Shown here: piece by piece, positions 36,224-46,745 of the stretch
How positions within the stretch are numbered: the first letter of the stretch is position 1
Layout of the letters: each line of letters begins with the position of its first letter
Source: an uncultured OCS116 cluster bacterium
GTDB lineage: Bacteria; Pseudomonadota; Alphaproteobacteria; Rhizobiales; TMED25
Length of the DNA: 64,000 bases
Direction: 5' to 3'
Assembly: GCA_902538185.1 (NCBI GenBank)
Contig: CACBED010000001.1
Coordinates: 184,285 to 248,284, forward strand
Position numbers and translations under genes: made by a program
Notes under the pieces: model-generated
Seen by the model: only the letters and a program-made list of their open reading frames with translations
What the model was told of the DNA's origin: nothing
Database searches by the model: none

Positions 36224-38038
36224 ATGTCAAACACACATACTATAAACGGAAGAGAGTACACTTTTGTTGACCATACTTATGATGTGGTCGTTGTTGGCGC
36301 TGGAGGGGCAGGTTTAAGAGCCACACTTGGATGCTCTCAGGCAGGTCTAAAAACAGCATGTGTTACAAAACTATTTCCAACAAGAAGTCATACTGTAGCT
36401 GCACAAGGTGGGGTAGCTGCTGCACTCGGAAATATGGGTGAGGATGATTGGAAATGGCATATGTATGATACCGTGAAAGGTGCAGACTGGCTTGGTGATC
36501 AAGATGCAATTGAATATTTATGCAAAGAAGCTCCCCAAGCAGTTTATGAACTTGAACATTTTGGATTACCATTTAGCAGAAGAGAAGATGGGAAAATCTA
36601 CCAAAGACCATTCGGTGGTATGACGACACATTATGGTGAAGGAATTGCACAAAGAACTTGTGCTGCTGCAGACCGAACAGGTCATGCAATGCTACACACG
36701 CTTTACGGTAAAGCAATAAGTAATTCAGCGGAGTTTTTTATAGAATACTTTGCTATTGACCTAATAATGGATAAAAATGGAGCCTGCCTTGGAGTGGTAG
36801 CGCTATGTTTGGAAGACGGCACAATTCATAGATTTCAAGCACAGAAAACAATTCTTGCCACAGGTGGCTATGGACGTGCTTATTTTTCAGCGACATCTGC
36901 GCATTCATGCACGGGAGATGGAAATGCTATGGTTCTCAGAGCTGGCTTACCATTACAGGATATGGAATTTGTACAGTTTCATCCAACGGGAATATATGGG
37001 GCTGGTTGCTTAATAACAGAAGGATCAAGAGGTGAAGGTGGATATCTAACAAACTCAGAGGGTGAGAGATTTATGGAAAGATACGCTCCATCAGCCAAAG
37101 ACTTAGCGAGTAGAGATGTGGTCTCGAGATCCATGACGATTGAAATTAGAGAAGGTAGGGGTGTGGGTAAAGATAAAGATCACATTCATCTCCATCTCGA
37201 GCATTTAGCGCCGGAAGTACTTGCTGAAAGATTGCCAGGGATATCTGAAACAGCTAAAATATTCTCAGGGGTTGACGTAACAAAAGAGCCGATTCCTGTC
37301 TTACCAACAGTTCATTATAATATGGGTGGAATTCCAACCAATTTCCACGGGGAAGTTCTCACAAAAATCAACGGGGATCCCGACTGTGTTGTTGATGGAT
37401 TAATGGCTATCGGGGAAGCAGCTTGCGTTTCGGTCCATGGTGCAAACAGACTAGGCTCAAACTCCCTTATAGATTTGGTCGTTTTTGGTAGAGCTGCTGG
37501 GCTGAGAGCTGCAGATACAACGACAGCAAATGCTAATCAGCCACCACTTCCTGATAACGCTGGACTCAATTCTCTAGAAAGACTTGATAAGTTTAGGTAT
37601 GCAGATGGCAATACATCAACCTCTGAATTACGATCCCAAATGCAAAAAATAATGCAGAATAACTGTGCTGTGTTTAGAACAGGTGAAGTTTTAGATGAAG
37701 GAAAAGATCTCATTAATAAAACTTGGAACGGTCTTGACGATATCAAGATTAATGACAGGTCACTAATATGGAATACGGATCTATTAGAAGCTCTTGAGTG
37801 GGATAACTTAATTGTACAGTCTGTTGTTACTGTTGAAAGTGCAGCAAATAGAAAAGAAAGTCGTGGCTCGCATGCTCGCGAGGATTATACAGAAAGAGAT
37901 GATAAGAATTGGATGAAGCATACGCTGGCGTGGATAGATAATGATGAGAGAACTACCACAATAGATTATAGGCCTGTGCATGAATATACTCTGAGCAATG
38001 AAGTAGCTTATATTCCACCAAAAGAGAGGGTATATTAA
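36224..38038 (+). CDS. sdhA: succinate dehydrogenase flavoprotein subunit
   Basis: It has the FAD motif [13 protein letters not shown], the covalent-FAD His context SHTVAAQGG, and [11 protein letters not shown]. Confidence 0.95.
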   Translation: MSNTHTINGREYTFVDHTYDVVVVGAGGAGLRATLGCSQAGLKTACVTKLFPTRSHTVAAQGGVAAALGNMGEDDWKWHMYDTVKGADWLGDQDAIEYLCKEAPQAVYELEHFGLPFSRREDGKIYQRPFGGMTTHYGEGIAQRTCAAADRTGHAMLHTLYGKAISNSAEFFIEYFAIDLIMDKNGACLGVVALCLEDGTIHRFQAQKTILATGGYGRAYFSATSAHSCTGDGNAMVLRAGLPLQDMEFVQFHPTGIYGAGCLITEGSRGEGGYLTNSEGERFMERYAPSAKDLASRDVVSRSMTIEIREGRGVGKDKDHIHLHLEHLAPEVLAERLPGISETAKIFSGVDVTKEPIPVLPTVHYNMGGIPTNFHGEVLTKINGDPDCVVDGLMAIGEAACVSVHGANRLGSNSLIDLVVFGRAAGLRAADTTTANANQPPLPDNAGLNSLERLDKFRYADGNTSTSELRSQMQKIMQNNCAVFRTGEVLDEGKDLINKTWNGLDDIKINDRSLIWNTDLLEALEWDNLIVQSVVTVESAANRKESRGSHAREDYTERDDKNWMKHTLAWIDNDERTTTIDYRPVHEYTLSNEVAYIPPKERVY

Positions 38039-38045
38039 GGTAAGC

Positions 38046-38831
38046 ATGGTTGAATTAGCACTCCCAAGAAATTCCAAAATTACAGAAGGAAAGAAGTGGC
38101 CCAAACCACAAAACGAAAATAATATTCGTGAATTTAAAGTATATAGATGGAATCCAGAGGATAATCAAAACCCATCCATTGACACATACTATATCGATAC
38201 TGAAGATTGTGGCCCAATGGTTTTAGATGCTTTGATGAAGATTAAAAGCGATATTGACACTTCCTTAACTTTTCGTAGATCTTGCCGTGAAGGAGTATGT
38301 GGCTCATGTGCAATGAATATTGATGGTGTTAACAGATTGGCTTGCACAACAGCAATTGAGGACGTAAAGGGCGCAGTGAGTATTTATCCGCTGCCTCATC
38401 AAAAAGTGATTAAAGATTTGGTTCCAGACCTAAAGAATTTTTTTGAACAGCATAAATCTGTTGAACCTTGGTTGCATACTAAGGAGGAAGATCCAAAAGA
38501 AGAGTGGCTTCAATCAAAAGAGGATAGAGAGCAACTTGACGGTTTATATGAGTGTATCATGTGCGCATGCTGTTCAACTTCATGTCCAAGTTATTGGTGG
38601 AATTCCGATAAATATCTTGGTCCGGCTGCCTTACTTCAAGCTTATCGTTGGATAATTGATAGCAGGGACGACGAAAGAGATGAACGACTTGATAAGTTGG
38701 AAGATCCATTTAAATTATATCGCTGTCACACTATCATGAACTGTGCGAAGGCATGCCCTAAAGGACTAAATCCTGCAAAAGCAATTGCTGGTATTAAGAA
38801 AATGTTAGTTGAAAGAAGGGTTTCCAAATAA
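38046..38831 (+). CDS. sdhB: succinate dehydrogenase iron-sulfur subunit
   Basis: It has three Cys clusters: [25 protein letters not shown] and [13 protein letters not shown]. Confidence 0.95.
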   Translation: MVELALPRNSKITEGKKWPKPQNENNIREFKVYRWNPEDNQNPSIDTYYIDTEDCGPMVLDALMKIKSDIDTSLTFRRSCREGVCGSCAMNIDGVNRLACTTAIEDVKGAVSIYPLPHQKVIKDLVPDLKNFFEQHKSVEPWLHTKEEDPKEEWLQSKEDREQLDGLYECIMCACCSTSCPSYWWNSDKYLGPAALLQAYRWIIDSRDDERDERLDKLEDPFKLYRCHTIMNCAKACPKGLNPAKAIAGIKKMLVERRVSK

Positions 38832-38841
38832 TCTCAGGGCT

Positions 38842-39024
38842 CTACTCCCCCTTAGGCTCTAATATTTGTTTTCCTCGGTACATCCCAGTTTTTAAATCGA
38901 GATGGTGTGGTCTATGCAATTCACCAGTTGATTTATCTTCAACATAAGCTTGACTTTTCAGAAAGTCAGTTGATCTGCGCATACCTCTTTTTGATTTGGT
39001 TACCTTCGTTCTTGGGACCGCCAT
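38842..39024 (-). CDS. rpmF: 50S ribosomal protein L32
   Basis: It has the canonical L32 start [19 protein letters not shown] prefer the ATG at 39024; the listed ORF begins 5 codons upstream. Confidence 0.9.
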   Translation of the reverse strand: MAVPRTKVTKSKRGMRRSTDFLKSQAYVEDKSTGELHRPHHLDLKTGMYRGKQILEPKGE

Positions 39025-39159
39025 AATCAATAACTCCAATTTATAAAATTAAATAAGATTTATTACATATACATATTCATTTATTATTTGTCATCATTAA
39101 TATATATTAAATTCAAATTTTTTATTAATGACTATTTTATTATTTATATCTGTAAGATA

Positions 39160-40038
39160 ATGACTCTAGGCAAAAGCTATAATATTTTGCGATCAGAGAT
39201 TGATCAACTGCTTATCAGAAAGATTGGCATTTCTGAGTTTCCTGCGACGCTAGTCGAACCAATCAAGTATATTTTTGTTAACAAGGGGAAAAAAGTAAGG
39301 GCTATACTTTTAGCAGAGTCGTGTGCACTTTTTGGTATCCATTACACAAAAATACTTCAAATTGCACTAGCATTGGAATGTATCCATACATATTCACTCA
39401 TACATGACGACCTCCCCGCAATGGATGATGACGACTACCGGAGGGGCGAGTTGACTTTACATAAAAAGTATGATGAAGCGACTGCAATATTAGTCGGGGA
39501 TGCACTAATATCACTGGCATTTGAATTGATTTCTGGAGAAAAAGATTTATCAGCTGAATGCAGGGTTAGGCTAATAAATAACTTGGCATTGAATAGTGGG
39601 GGGAAAGGCATGGTTGGTGGACAAATGCTTGATCTTAGACTTAATCCAGCCGAGGCATCTATCGAAAGTATAAAAAAAATGCAACAGATGAAGACAGGAG
39701 ATCTCTTCGGTTTTGCATTCACAGCTGGACCGATTATTGCAGGCAGTGGGAGTGATGATGAAGAGAAATTATTTGAGTTTGGGAAGCTATTTGGTTTGAT
39801 ATTTCAAATAAGTGACGACCTTATTGATGTGGAGTCAACACTAACAGAGGCAGGTAAATCCGTAAATAAGGATCAAAAAATGGATAAAGCAACTTATGTG
39901 GACCATTATGGGATAGAGGAAGCAAAAAAACTTATGCAAAATTATATAAAAGAAGCGAAGGTTATTTTGGAAAAATATGGATCAAAAGCACGGCCATTAA
40001 TTACATTATGCGAAAGTCTACCAAATAGAAGATCATAA
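39160..40038 (+). CDS. ispA: (2E,6E)-farnesyl diphosphate synthase / polyprenyl synthetase
   Basis: It has the first Asp-rich motif LIHDDLPAMDDDDYRRG and the second, FQISDDLID. I prefer the ATG at 39160; the 24 upstream codons of the listed ORF are A/T-rich promoter-like sequence. Confidence 0.85.
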   Translation: MTLGKSYNILRSEIDQLLIRKIGISEFPATLVEPIKYIFVNKGKKVRAILLAESCALFGIHYTKILQIALALECIHTYSLIHDDLPAMDDDDYRRGELTLHKKYDEATAILVGDALISLAFELISGEKDLSAECRVRLINNLALNSGGKGMVGGQMLDLRLNPAEASIESIKKMQQMKTGDLFGFAFTAGPIIAGSGSDDEEKLFEFGKLFGLIFQISDDLIDVESTLTEAGKSVNKDQKMDKATYVDHYGIEEAKKLMQNYIKEAKVILEKYGSKARPLITLCESLPNRRS

Positions 40039-40890
40039 AATAATATTATCAATCAATCTTGTTTCCCCAAGCCTTATTGCGCCAAGTAATATATACTGAC
40101 CACCTAACTTTTTATATTCTTCAACATTACTAAGATTATTGGTCTTTCTTAGTTCTAAATAATCAACATTTAAACCATCTTTATTGAGTCTCTCTATTTC
40201 CGTATCTAGAATTGACATATAATCCCCGGTATTTTTTTGAATTTTTTTACTTGCTCTGACAAGTGACTCATATAAATATACAGCTTTTGATCGCTGATCA
40301 GGATTTAGATAGCTATTTCTTGATGACATTGCTAAACCATCATTTTCCCTGATAATGGGGGCAAGAACAATATCAATTGATGTAAATAGTTGCTGGACCA
40401 TATCCTTTATAAGAATATACTGTTGGTAATCTTTCTGCCCAAATATCGCAATGTCAGGTTGAATGATATTCATTAATTTATTCACAACTAATAAGACTCC
40501 ATAAAAATGCCCTGGCCTGTATCGCCCACACAGCTCGTTCATAAGACTGGGGTTATTAGTTGTGATCAGATTTTTTTCATTGGCAGGGTAAATCTCCTTG
40601 TCACTTGGGCAAAAAACACAATCCACATTTAATTTTTTAAGTAGCTTAATATCTTCATCAAGAGTTCTCGGGTATTTTGTATAGTCCTCTTCAGGGGCAA
40701 ATTGTTTTGGATTTACATAAATGGAAACAATAGTTTTTGTTGCGCCGCACCCTCTTATTTTGCTTATTAAACTTAAATGTCCTGCATGTAGATTTCCCAT
40801 AGTTGGAACAAAACCAACTACCTCACTATTTTCTTTCCAAGATAGAACCTCAGCTTTTAAATCTGATAAATTTTCAGAAACTATCAACAT
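40033..40890 (-). CDS. panC: pantoate--beta-alanine ligase
   Basis: It has VPTMGNLHAGHLSL (the HIGH-type motif), FGQKDYQQ and MSSRN. Its 3' end overlaps the ispA 3' end by 6 nt (convergent). Confidence 0.9.
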   Translation of the reverse strand: MLIVSENLSDLKAEVLSWKENSEVVGFVPTMGNLHAGHLSLISKIRGCGATKTIVSIYVNPKQFAPEEDYTKYPRTLDEDIKLLKKLNVDCVFCPSDKEIYPANEKNLITTNNPSLMNELCGRYRPGHFYGVLLVVNKLMNIIQPDIAIFGQKDYQQYILIKDMVQQLFTSIDIVLAPIIRENDGLAMSSRNSYLNPDQRSKAVYLYESLVRASKKIQKNTGDYMSILDTEIERLNKDGLNVDYLELRKTNNLSNVEEYKKLGGQYILLGAIRLGETRLIDNIIL

Positions 40891-40891
40891 T

Positions 40892-41707
40892 CTATTTGAA
40901 CGAGTGTTTATCTGTGGGGTATTTTAGTGTTTTAACTTCTTGAATGTATTGCTTTATTGCATCTTCTATTGTGTTAGTTCCATCCATGTAATTCTTTGAG
41001 AACTTTGGTAATTGACCTTGAGAAACACCCAAAATATCGTAAAGAACTAGTATTTGCCCATCAACTTCTGAACCTGCTCCGATGCCAATTATTGGTATGG
41101 ATATTTCACTTGCTAGCTCTTTTGCTGTTTGTGAGGATACACATTCAAGAAGCAATAGGTCAGCGCCTGAGTCCTCTATTTTCTTTGCTTCTTGAATGAG
41201 TGCATTTGCCTCATTTGAACCCTTGCCCTGAACTTTATAACCTCCCATCTTGTTTACTGATTGCGGTCTCAATCCAATGTGTGCGCATATCGGTATATCT
41301 GAAAGTGCTAGCTTCTCAATAATATTTATTTGAGACCTATTCCCTTCTAATTTTACCATTTGTGCCCCACCATCCTGCATCAGTCTTTTTGCATTATCTA
41401 GGGCAATATTTGCATTATAGAAACTCATAAACGGCATATCAGAAATTAAGAAAGAATAATTCACCGATGATGCAACGATTTTTGTGTGATAAATCATATC
41501 TTCAATTTTAACCGGTACCGTTGTTTTATGTCCCTGCACTACCATTCCTAAGGAGTCCCCAACAAGTATTATCTCCGTTCCGGCCTTATCGACTAAATTT
41601 GCAAAAGTTGCGTCATAGGCAGTAAGACACGCAATTTTCTCTCCTTTTGATTTTAAATCTCTCAGAGTATTTAGGGTAACGGATTTTAATTCATTATTAG
41701 TATACAT
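40892..41707 (-). CDS. panB: 3-methyl-2-oxobutanoate hydroxymethyltransferase
   Basis: It has LTAYDATFA, LVGDSLGMVVQGH, VKLEG and HIGLRPQS. Confidence 0.9.
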   Translation of the reverse strand: MYTNNELKSVTLNTLRDLKSKGEKIACLTAYDATFANLVDKAGTEIILVGDSLGMVVQGHKTTVPVKIEDMIYHTKIVASSVNYSFLISDMPFMSFYNANIALDNAKRLMQDGGAQMVKLEGNRSQINIIEKLALSDIPICAHIGLRPQSVNKMGGYKVQGKGSNEANALIQEAKKIEDSGADLLLLECVSSQTAKELASEISIPIIGIGAGSEVDGQILVLYDILGVSQGQLPKFSKNYMDGTNTIEDAIKQYIQEVKTLKYPTDKHSFK

Positions 41708-41715
41708 TTCTGCGC

Positions 41716-42936
41716 CTAAATATTCTTTTCATAGTTCTCATCGATGTAATTATACAGAATTTTTTTAAAATCATCTGCTATATTTTTACCTCTGAGTATT
41801 TTGAACTTATTTCCATCAACAAAAACTGGAGCTGCAGGTTCTTCACCAGTCCCGGGTAGTGAAATCCCAATATTCGCGTGTTTTGACTCCCCTGGTCCAT
41901 TTACAATGCAGCCCATAACAGCAACCTTTAGTTGATCAACGCCGACATAAAGCTTACTCCATTTTGGCATTTCTTTCTCAATATATTTTTCAATATCAAT
42001 GGCAAGTTCCTGAAATACGGTTGAAGTTGTTCTTCCACATCCAGGACACGCAACAACATCAGGCCGGTAAGCTCTAATTCCCAAGGATTGGAGTATTTCT
42101 TTTGCAACCTTGACTTCCTCAATACGATTTTCGTTAGGTCTAGGTGTTAGTGATACTCTTATTGTGTCACCGATATTTTGATTTATTAAAATTGATAGTG
42201 CCGAGACTGAGGAGACAATTCCTCTCATACCCATCCCAGCCTCAGTCAGACCAAGGTGCAGGGGGTATACAGTTTTTTCTGCGAGGCTTGTGTAAACTTT
42301 TATAAGTTCTGAAACATTGCTTACTTTTGCCGAAAGAATTATCTTTGATTTCTTCATTCCAATTTCTTCTGCCCTTCTTGCTGAATAGATTACTGATTTA
42401 ATCAGTGCGTCGCGTAGTATTTCGGCTGAGCTTTTTTTCACTTCAGCGCGGTTATTTTCATCCATTAAAAGGGTCAACAATTCCTGATCAATACTACCCC
42501 AATTCGCGCCAATTCTTATGGGCTTATCGTTTTTGCACGCTATTTCTATAATTTCAGAAAACTGCTTATCTTTTTTATTTTTAAAGCCAACATTTCCTGG
42601 GTTTATCCTGTACTTATCTAAAGTTTTCGCACAATCGGGGTAATCTTTTAATAATTTATGACCGATGTAATGAAAATCACCTACTAAGGGAATAGAATAG
42701 CCAGCTTTATCTATACCTTCTCTTATAAATGGAACCGCTTTGGCAGCTTCCTCTCGGTCAACTGTTATTCGCACAATTTCTGAGCCTTCTTCATATAATT
42801 CAATTATCTGTTGAGTTGTTTTCTTTATATCAGCGGTATCCGTATTCGTCATTGATTGAATGACAATGGGTTCACCACCTCCGATGGCTATACCGCCTAT
42901 TTTTACAACTATTGAATTTCTGTCCTTTGGCATCAC
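41716..42936 (-). CDS. ispG: 4-hydroxy-3-methylbut-2-en-1-yl diphosphate synthase
   Basis: It has [24 protein letters not shown] and [10 protein letters not shown] motifs. Confidence 0.9.
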   Translation of the reverse strand: MMPKDRNSIVVKIGGIAIGGGEPIVIQSMTNTDTADIKKTTQQIIELYEEGSEIVRITVDREEAAKAVPFIREGIDKAGYSIPLVGDFHYIGHKLLKDYPDCAKTLDKYRINPGNVGFKNKKDKQFSEIIEIACKNDKPIRIGANWGSIDQELLTLLMDENNRAEVKKSSAEILRDALIKSVIYSARRAEEIGMKKSKIILSAKVSNVSELIKVYTSLAEKTVYPLHLGLTEAGMGMRGIVSSVSALSILINQNIGDTIRVSLTPRPNENRIEEVKVAKEILQSLGIRAYRPDVVACPGCGRTTSTVFQELAIDIEKYIEKEMPKWSKLYVGVDQLKVAVMGCIVNGPGESKHANIGISLPGTGEEPAAPVFVDGNKFKILRGKNIADDFKKILYNYIDENYEKNI

Positions 42937-43049
42937 GCTCGGGCTCTATTTAAATGTATAGAATATTTATATATGAATTAATTAATAAAAAAAATAACCA
43001 ATTTATAAATTGATATATGGTTTTTTTTAAATATTCTTATAGAATATAA

Positions 43050-43140
43050 AGGTAAGTATTACAAAAAGTAATTATTACTCTGGAGACTGACCCAAACCGG
43101 GAGTTAAATAGAGACCTTAATAATATTAATCTCTCCATAT
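43050..43140 (+). promoter_or_regulatory. structured leader upstream of the corrin operon; possible degenerate cobalamin-riboswitch-like element
   Basis: It sits in a 235-nt leader before cbiX. CUGGAGACUGAC (43080-43091) resembles the CUGGAGCUGAC core segment of the E. coli btuB riboswitch. AGAGACCU (43110-43117) resembles the AGACCUG part of the B12 box. GGAGA and AGAGA can each pair with the downstream UCUCUCC (43130-43136), giving mutually exclusive helices. No GCCACUG element is present. Confidence 0.3.
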
Positions 43141-43171
43141 TTGCTCTTAAGATATTTATTGAAAGTGTAAG

Positions 43172-44206
43172 ATGTTACCTGAATCAAAGAGACAAAAAAT
43201 AGCAAGCTATTTCAAGGTTGGTAAGCCCAAGCGGGGTATTATGCTTTGCGGTCATGGAAGTCGCAGTGAGCCGGCTGTAGCTGAATTTGCGAATTTAGTT
43301 TTCAGATTAAAAATATTGCTACCAAATATACCAATAGAGTTTGGTTATTTAGAATTCGCAAAGCCTATTATAAGCGATGGATTAGATAAACTAAGAGAGG
43401 CTGGTGTTACTGAAATAGTCGCATTGCCAGCAATGTTATTTGCCGCCGGCCATGCTAAAAATGATATACCGTCTGTGCTAAATACATACAACTACAAATA
43501 TCCAAAACTCAAGATCACATACAGTAGGGAATTGGGTATAGATAATCTGATGATCAAGGCGGCATCCGAAAGGATAATTGAGTCAATTGATAGTGCGAAA
43601 TTAAAGATTGACAAACATGACTCGATGCTTCTGGTCGTTGGTAGGGGAGCATCTGATCCGGATGCAAACTCAAATATATCAAAGATTACACGATTACTAT
43701 GGGAAGGCATCGGGTTTGGTTGGGCTGAAACAGCTTACTCAGGTGTTACTTTTCCACTTGTATCACCTGCCCTTGAGAAGATTGTTCAGGTTGGATACAA
43801 AAGAATTATTGTATTCCCCTATTTTTTATTTACTGGGATCCTTGTCGATAGAATATATAAATCCGTAGATGAGGTAAGTAAAGCACATAGCAACGTAGAG
43901 TTTTTAAAAGTGCCCTATCTTAATGATCATCCAAAAGTGGTAGAGACTTTTTGTGATAGAGTAATTGACGTAATTGATGGTGACATAAATATGAATTGTC
44001 AACTTTGCAAATATCGAGAACAAGTTTTAGGCTTTGAGGATGAGGTTGGATTGGCTCAAGAAAGTCACCATCACCATGTTGAAGGGGGCGGTCAATCGCA
44101 TGATCACACCCATGATCACACCCACGATCACACCCATGACCATTCTCATCATCATCCCTACCCGCATGCGGACCATCCACTAGGTCCAGTAACTCTTAAA
44201 AAATAG
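43172..44206 (+). CDS. cbiX: sirohydrochlorin cobaltochelatase, long form (two CbiX domains + Fe-S motif + His-rich tail)
   Basis: It has two CbiX-like halves (MLCGHGSRS... and LLVVGRGASDP...). The MxCxxC motif MNCQLC is at 43991-44008. The C-terminal tail is HHHHVEGGGQSHDHTHDHTHDHTHDHSHHHPYPHADH. Confidence 0.8.
   Translation: MLPESKRQKIASYFKVGKPKRGIMLCGHGSRSEPAVAEFANLVFRLKILLPNIPIEFGYLEFAKPIISDGLDKLREAGVTEIVALPAMLFAAGHAKNDIPSVLNTYNYKYPKLKITYSRELGIDNLMIKAASERIIESIDSAKLKIDKHDSMLLVVGRGASDPDANSNISKITRLLWEGIGFGWAETAYSGVTFPLVSPALEKIVQVGYKRIIVFPYFLFTGILVDRIYKSVDEVSKAHSNVEFLKVPYLNDHPKVVETFCDRVIDVIDGDINMNCQLCKYREQVLGFEDEVGLAQESHHHHVEGGGQSHDHTHDHTHDHTHDHSHHHPYPHADHPLGPVTLKK
44099..44134 (+). repeat. 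three tandem 12-nt repeats (CATGATCACACC x2, CACGATCACACC) encoding (HDHT)3 inside cbiX
   Basis: The repeats were read directly from the sequence. They are in frame and lie within the His-rich tail. Confidence 0.85.
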
Positions 44207-44211
44207 AAATC

Positions 44212-44847
44212 ATGCAACAATACATAAGAGAGCCCACTGAAATATATAAAAAGTCATTTGATACAATATCATCTGAAGTTGATCTAACAGGCTATAATGA
44301 TCAAGAAAAAAAAATAGTGACAAGAATAATACATTCTTGCGGTGATGTATCAATTGCAGAGGATATTTTTATTTCTGAGAATGCAATTGAATGTGGAATT
44401 AGCGCCATGAAATCGGGTGAAAAAATATACGTTGACAGTAAGATGGTCGCAGCTGGAATAATTAAGAGAAATATAAAGCTGAGCAGAATCTTCTGTCATA
44501 TTGGCGATGAAGATGTTGTTGGTATGGCAAAAAAATTAAATACAACCAGGTCAGCTGCTGCGGTCGAGCATTGGAAAGAGGGGATGTCTAACTCTATACT
44601 TGTTGTTGGTAACGCTCCTACCGCATTGTTCAGGGTATTAGAAATAATTAATGAATATAATATACAGCCAAGTCTAGTCATTGGAATGCCATTGGGCTTC
44701 GTTGGTGCGGTTGAAGCGAAAGAGGAGCTTATAAATTTTTATCAATCAACTGGGTTAAATATTATAACTATCCGCGGGAGACGAGGCGGAAGTGCTATGG
44801 CCTCAGCAACAATTAATGCGATAAGTTTGTTGATTGATGACAAATAG
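44212..44847 (+). CDS. cbiC: precorrin-8X / cobalt-precorrin-8 methylmutase
   Basis: IIHSCGD, VVGNAPTAL and IGMPLGFVGA are typical of CobH/CbiC. Confidence 0.85.
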   Translation: MQQYIREPTEIYKKSFDTISSEVDLTGYNDQEKKIVTRIIHSCGDVSIAEDIFISENAIECGISAMKSGEKIYVDSKMVAAGIIKRNIKLSRIFCHIGDEDVVGMAKKLNTTRSAAAVEHWKEGMSNSILVVGNAPTALFRVLEIINEYNIQPSLVIGMPLGFVGAVEAKEELINFYQSTGLNIITIRGRRGGSAMASATINAISLLIDDK

Positions 44848-46063
44848 AAAAATACAACTAATTGGATTAGGCGCTGGAGGTATTGACACATTGCCAACCA
44901 GTCACAAAGAATTAATCTTTTCCGCAGATGTAATATTCGGAGCTGATAGACATCTAGAAGATATTCCCACAAATATCAAAAAAAAGTCATGGTCAAAGAA
45001 TATTAGAAATGATCTCAAGAAGATAAAAAATATAAAGAATAAAAAAATATGTATTTTAGCAACGGGTGACCCACTTTTTTATGGTGTTGGGAATCTAATT
45101 ATGGAATTTTTTTCAATCGACGAAGTGGATATATTGCCAAGCCCATCGATATTATCATTATGTTGCGCAAAAATTGGACAAAACATTAAAGATGTGGATG
45201 TAGTTTCTCTTCATGGAAGAGATTTCAACTCGATAATAAGGTATTTACGGCCAAATAGTAAGTTATTTGTTTTATCTCATGACAAGAATACCCCAACTAA
45301 AATCATTAATTTATTAAAGGATTTGAACTTCGAGAGTAGTTTAATTTATATTTTTGAAAATGTTGGCAGGAATGATGAGAAAATTACAAAAAAAATTATC
45401 AAAGATTATCATAATTTTAGTTGTGCTAATTTAAATTCAGTTTTTATTGATATTCGTGCCTCAAAAGATACGAATTTTTATCCAAATTCAGTCGGGTTAG
45501 CTGACTCATTATATAAAAATGATGGGCAAATCACAAAAAGTGAGATTAGAGCGATAACGATTTCAAAATTGGAGCCATTAAATAGTTCTATTATGTGGGA
45601 TATTGGTGGTGGTTCTGGATCTATATCCATTGAGTGGTCATTGATAAACAATGCTGCAAAAATATATACGATTGAACAAAATAAGAAAAGAATTGGTTTT
45701 ATAAAGGAAAATATAGAAAAATTTGGAATCAAAAATATAACACTTTTACACGAATCCGCGCCAGATACATTAGAAATGTTGGAAAAGCCAGACAGGATAT
45801 TTATTGGTGGAGGTCTTGCCTCAGATAAGGGAGATAAGATTATAAATAAGTCACTAGACTGCTTGAAGCAGACAGGAATAATTGTAGCAAATGGTGTTAC
45901 AGCTGAAACTGAGAGTCTCTTGATTGGCATGTACAAGGTTTTTGGTGGTGAATTATCAAAATATTCAGTCTCTAACCTAAAAAAAATTGGCAAATTACAT
46001 GCATGGGATCAACAGATGCATGTTACTCAATGGAAATATAAGAAAGGACCAGATGCTCGGTAA
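44837..46063 (+). CDS. cobL: precorrin-6Y C5,15-methyltransferase (decarboxylating), CbiE+CbiT fusion (CobL type)
   Basis: The N-terminal tetrapyrrole-methylase half has IQLIGLGAGG and LATGDPLFYG. The C-terminal class-I methyltransferase half has MWDIGGGSGSISIEW. The ATG at 44837 overlaps the cbiC stop by 11 nt. Confidence 0.85.
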   Translation: MTNRKIQLIGLGAGGIDTLPTSHKELIFSADVIFGADRHLEDIPTNIKKKSWSKNIRNDLKKIKNIKNKKICILATGDPLFYGVGNLIMEFFSIDEVDILPSPSILSLCCAKIGQNIKDVDVVSLHGRDFNSIIRYLRPNSKLFVLSHDKNTPTKIINLLKDLNFESSLIYIFENVGRNDEKITKKIIKDYHNFSCANLNSVFIDIRASKDTNFYPNSVGLADSLYKNDGQITKSEIRAITISKLEPLNSSIMWDIGGGSGSISIEWSLINNAAKIYTIEQNKKRIGFIKENIEKFGIKNITLLHESAPDTLEMLEKPDRIFIGGGLASDKGDKIINKSLDCLKQTGIIVANGVTAETESLLIGMYKVFGGELSKYSVSNLKKIGKLHAWDQQMHVTQWKYKKGPDAR

Positions 46064-46745
46064 GGCTTATGGCATTGGAGTTGGGCCAGGAGACCCGAAA
46101 TTATTAACTGTAAAAGCAACGGAAATCCTTGAGCAGCTAAAAATCGTTTTTTATCCATCCTTTGGTAAAAATAGTATCGCTTTGGATATTGCGCGTTCAC
46201 ATATAAGAACTGACGCAAAATTGATCGAAATGAACATTCCTCTATTCCCTAATGAGGCAAAGGTGGCTGCTTATCAAAACTTTGCTAACCAAATAAAGGA
46301 GTATCTAAATAATCAAGTTGATGTCGGGGTATTATGCGAAGGGGACCCTCTATTTTTTGGCTCTTTCATTACAATCCGGGACTTATTGAAGGAAAGTTAT
46401 CAAGTAAAGGTAGTCTCAGGAATTTCATCCATAATGTCTGCATTTGTCCACGTGGATGATTTCATGGGGCAAGGCGATGACTCAATAAGTATAATTACAG
46501 CAGGGACTGATGAGTTTCTTATAAGGGATAAAATTTCCACGTCGAATACAACGATAATAATAAAGGTTGCCAAGCATCTTAAAAAAATAAAAAAAATAGC
46601 TACGGATTTGGGTTTATTAGAGACTTCTATGTATATTAGTCAGATCGACCAAGCGCACCAATACTCTGATCGTCTGAATATGATCTCAGATGAAGTGATT
46701 GAATACTTCTCAATAATTATAATTAAAAATCATAAGTTAAACTGA
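46053..46745 (+). CDS. cbiL: precorrin-2 / cobalt-factor-II C20-methyltransferase
   Basis: It has MLGKAYGIGVGPGDPKLLT and LCEGDPLFFGS. I prefer the ATG at 46053, which overlaps the cobL stop by 11 nt, over the listed 45987. Confidence 0.85.
   Translation: MLGKAYGIGVGPGDPKLLTVKATEILEQLKIVFYPSFGKNSIALDIARSHIRTDAKLIEMNIPLFPNEAKVAAYQNFANQIKEYLNNQVDVGVLCEGDPLFFGSFITIRDLLKESYQVKVVSGISSIMSAFVHVDDFMGQGDDSISIITAGTDEFLIRDKISTSNTTIIIKVAKHLKKIKKIATDLGLLETSMYISQIDQAHQYSDRLNMISDEVIEYFSIIIIKNHKLN

Noticed and set aside
39088-39159. 24-codon N-terminal extension of ispA in the ORF track
   Set aside because: It translates to a hydrophobic, low-complexity sequence (SSLIYIKFKFFINDYFIIYICKI) from A/T-rich promoter-like DNA. 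Polyprenyl synthases start near the Met at 39160.
44099-44134. Tandem 12-nt repeats as a CRISPR-like or non-coding satellite element
   Set aside because: There are only three units and no spacers. They are in frame within cbiX and encode the (HDHT)3 part of the His-rich tail.
45478-45993. 171-aa ORF antisense to cobL
   Set aside because: It lies entirely inside a well-supported gene on the other strand. The product is low-complexity (F/I/S/P-rich) and has no motif or start context. It is a typical shadow ORF of an A/T-rich gene.
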